Positions 62,891 to 64,000 of a DNA stretch of 64,000 nucleotides are shown here, one piece after another. Where the stretch lies: positions 1,514,023-1,578,022 of the forward strand of contig NC_057753.1 in assembly GCF_004010195.1 (NCBI RefSeq), given 5' to 3'. Both the position numbers and the translations under genes were made by a program. Position 1 is the stretch's first letter. Each line of letters starts with the position of its first letter. A model generated the notes under the pieces. The model was given only the letters and a program-made list of their open reading frames with translations, was not told the origin of the DNA and made no database searches. The DNA is from Chiloscyllium plagiosum (lineage: Eukaryota).

Positions 62891-64000
62891 TGTGACAAAG
62901 GGCAAACGTTTGCACGTACCAGCATCCGTACTTCCAGTTGGTAGAAATCAGTTTGGTTAAGACAGAAATTCTCCAGTGTGTTTGTAAATTCGGAGAGGAG
63001 CAAAAAGGCTGTTAGTCTGAAGCAAACATTGACTGAGCTTTAAGTTTTGCATGTCTTTTTGGAAGTGCAGTATACATACTGTATGAAAGACCGAATTGAC
63101 AACGTTTATGACATTCCCCGTGAAAGAAACTCTTACATTCCACTATCACGCTGAAATTCCACCACAATTAACTAGATGAGAAAGAATGTGGTACCTGAGT
63201 CACTTCCATTTCTTTTGTTGTTGAATTAAGGAGAAAGAAGGTGTTTCACCAGAGCCGCATATGCCTCACTTTATTAGCCTCCCTGTTTAGATTTTCCTGC
63301 TGGTCTATTATAGAAAGAAACAAAAAGGATTCAAAGTGATTTAGTAGCTTTTCTGTCATTTTCACAGTTTCAGTTAAAGTTTCGCTTAAGTCTATCTTTT
63401 GGAGCACACATCAATTTCAGTGACTCCATAAGAGACCTAAACACTCGGTTGATCTGCTTTGTAAATCTGTTCAATCCTGTTTTTGACTGGATGAGCTACT
63501 AATGGGTCCGGCCGCTTTAAAACGCAAATGTATTGCATTTGAAGATGAATGCAGCTCCATTTCAAATCATTGTTTAAAGTGAGCAACTAAATTTGAGGAA
63601 AGATGTACAGTTCAAGCTTTTTTTTTTAGTATACTTTAACTGAATGTACTTTCATACAGACGCATGGCATTTGTTTCTCATTGTGTGTCAAAAGGCATTC
63701 AGGTGATCTATTTTTGGCTTTTTGATCTGTTGGGAAAATTAATGTTGGGCGTGGAGATCCCCAATCACTAAATTATATGTTGAATAAGATCGAAGGTCTA
63801 TTGCTTACTCATGAGGTCTATTGCTGCGCCTTGTCTCATGCTATACTGTTGTATCAATGCCCGTGGCAGCCATCATTTATTAGACTTATTTTATTAGTTC
63901 ACAGGACGGTCCCGGGCTCAGTCAGGTTTTGTAGCCCATTTAAAAGCAATTGCTGTGCGTTTGGAGTCACTTGTAGAACAGACCAAGTAAAAACAGCAGT

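Overview
AT-rich vertebrate genomic DNA, most likely from a shark (inferred from the HE1-type tRNA-SINEs, CR1/HER1-type LINEs and Penelope-type repeats). The core of the window is a tandemly duplicated ~20-24 kb unit, present in about three copies plus part of a more diverged fourth. Each unit carries a two-exon, minus-strand class A GPCR of the GPR139/GPR142-like group. Two copies look intact (join 10835..10904+8387..9297 and 52158..52227+50330..51240, 326 aa each). One is frameshifted in TM7 (28743..28812+26905..27761). Two remnants of a second paralog are pseudogenes (18267..19167, 41320..41762). The 70-nt first exons are missed by the ORF track, and each has a conserved TATAAA ~52 bp upstream of the ATG. 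The rest is mostly transposon debris: a full-length but decayed Gmr1-type Ty3/gypsy LTR element (30342..37546, ATAT target-site duplication), many CR1 fragments (one with a twin-priming-like 5' inversion), another non-LTR RT fragment, SINEs, and Penelope-like elements whose terminal repeats carry eight minimal hammerhead-ribozyme cores of two families. Shared indels suggest that the third unit is a chimera of unit-1-like and unit-2-like sequence. All calls were made by eye, and TE boundaries are approximate.
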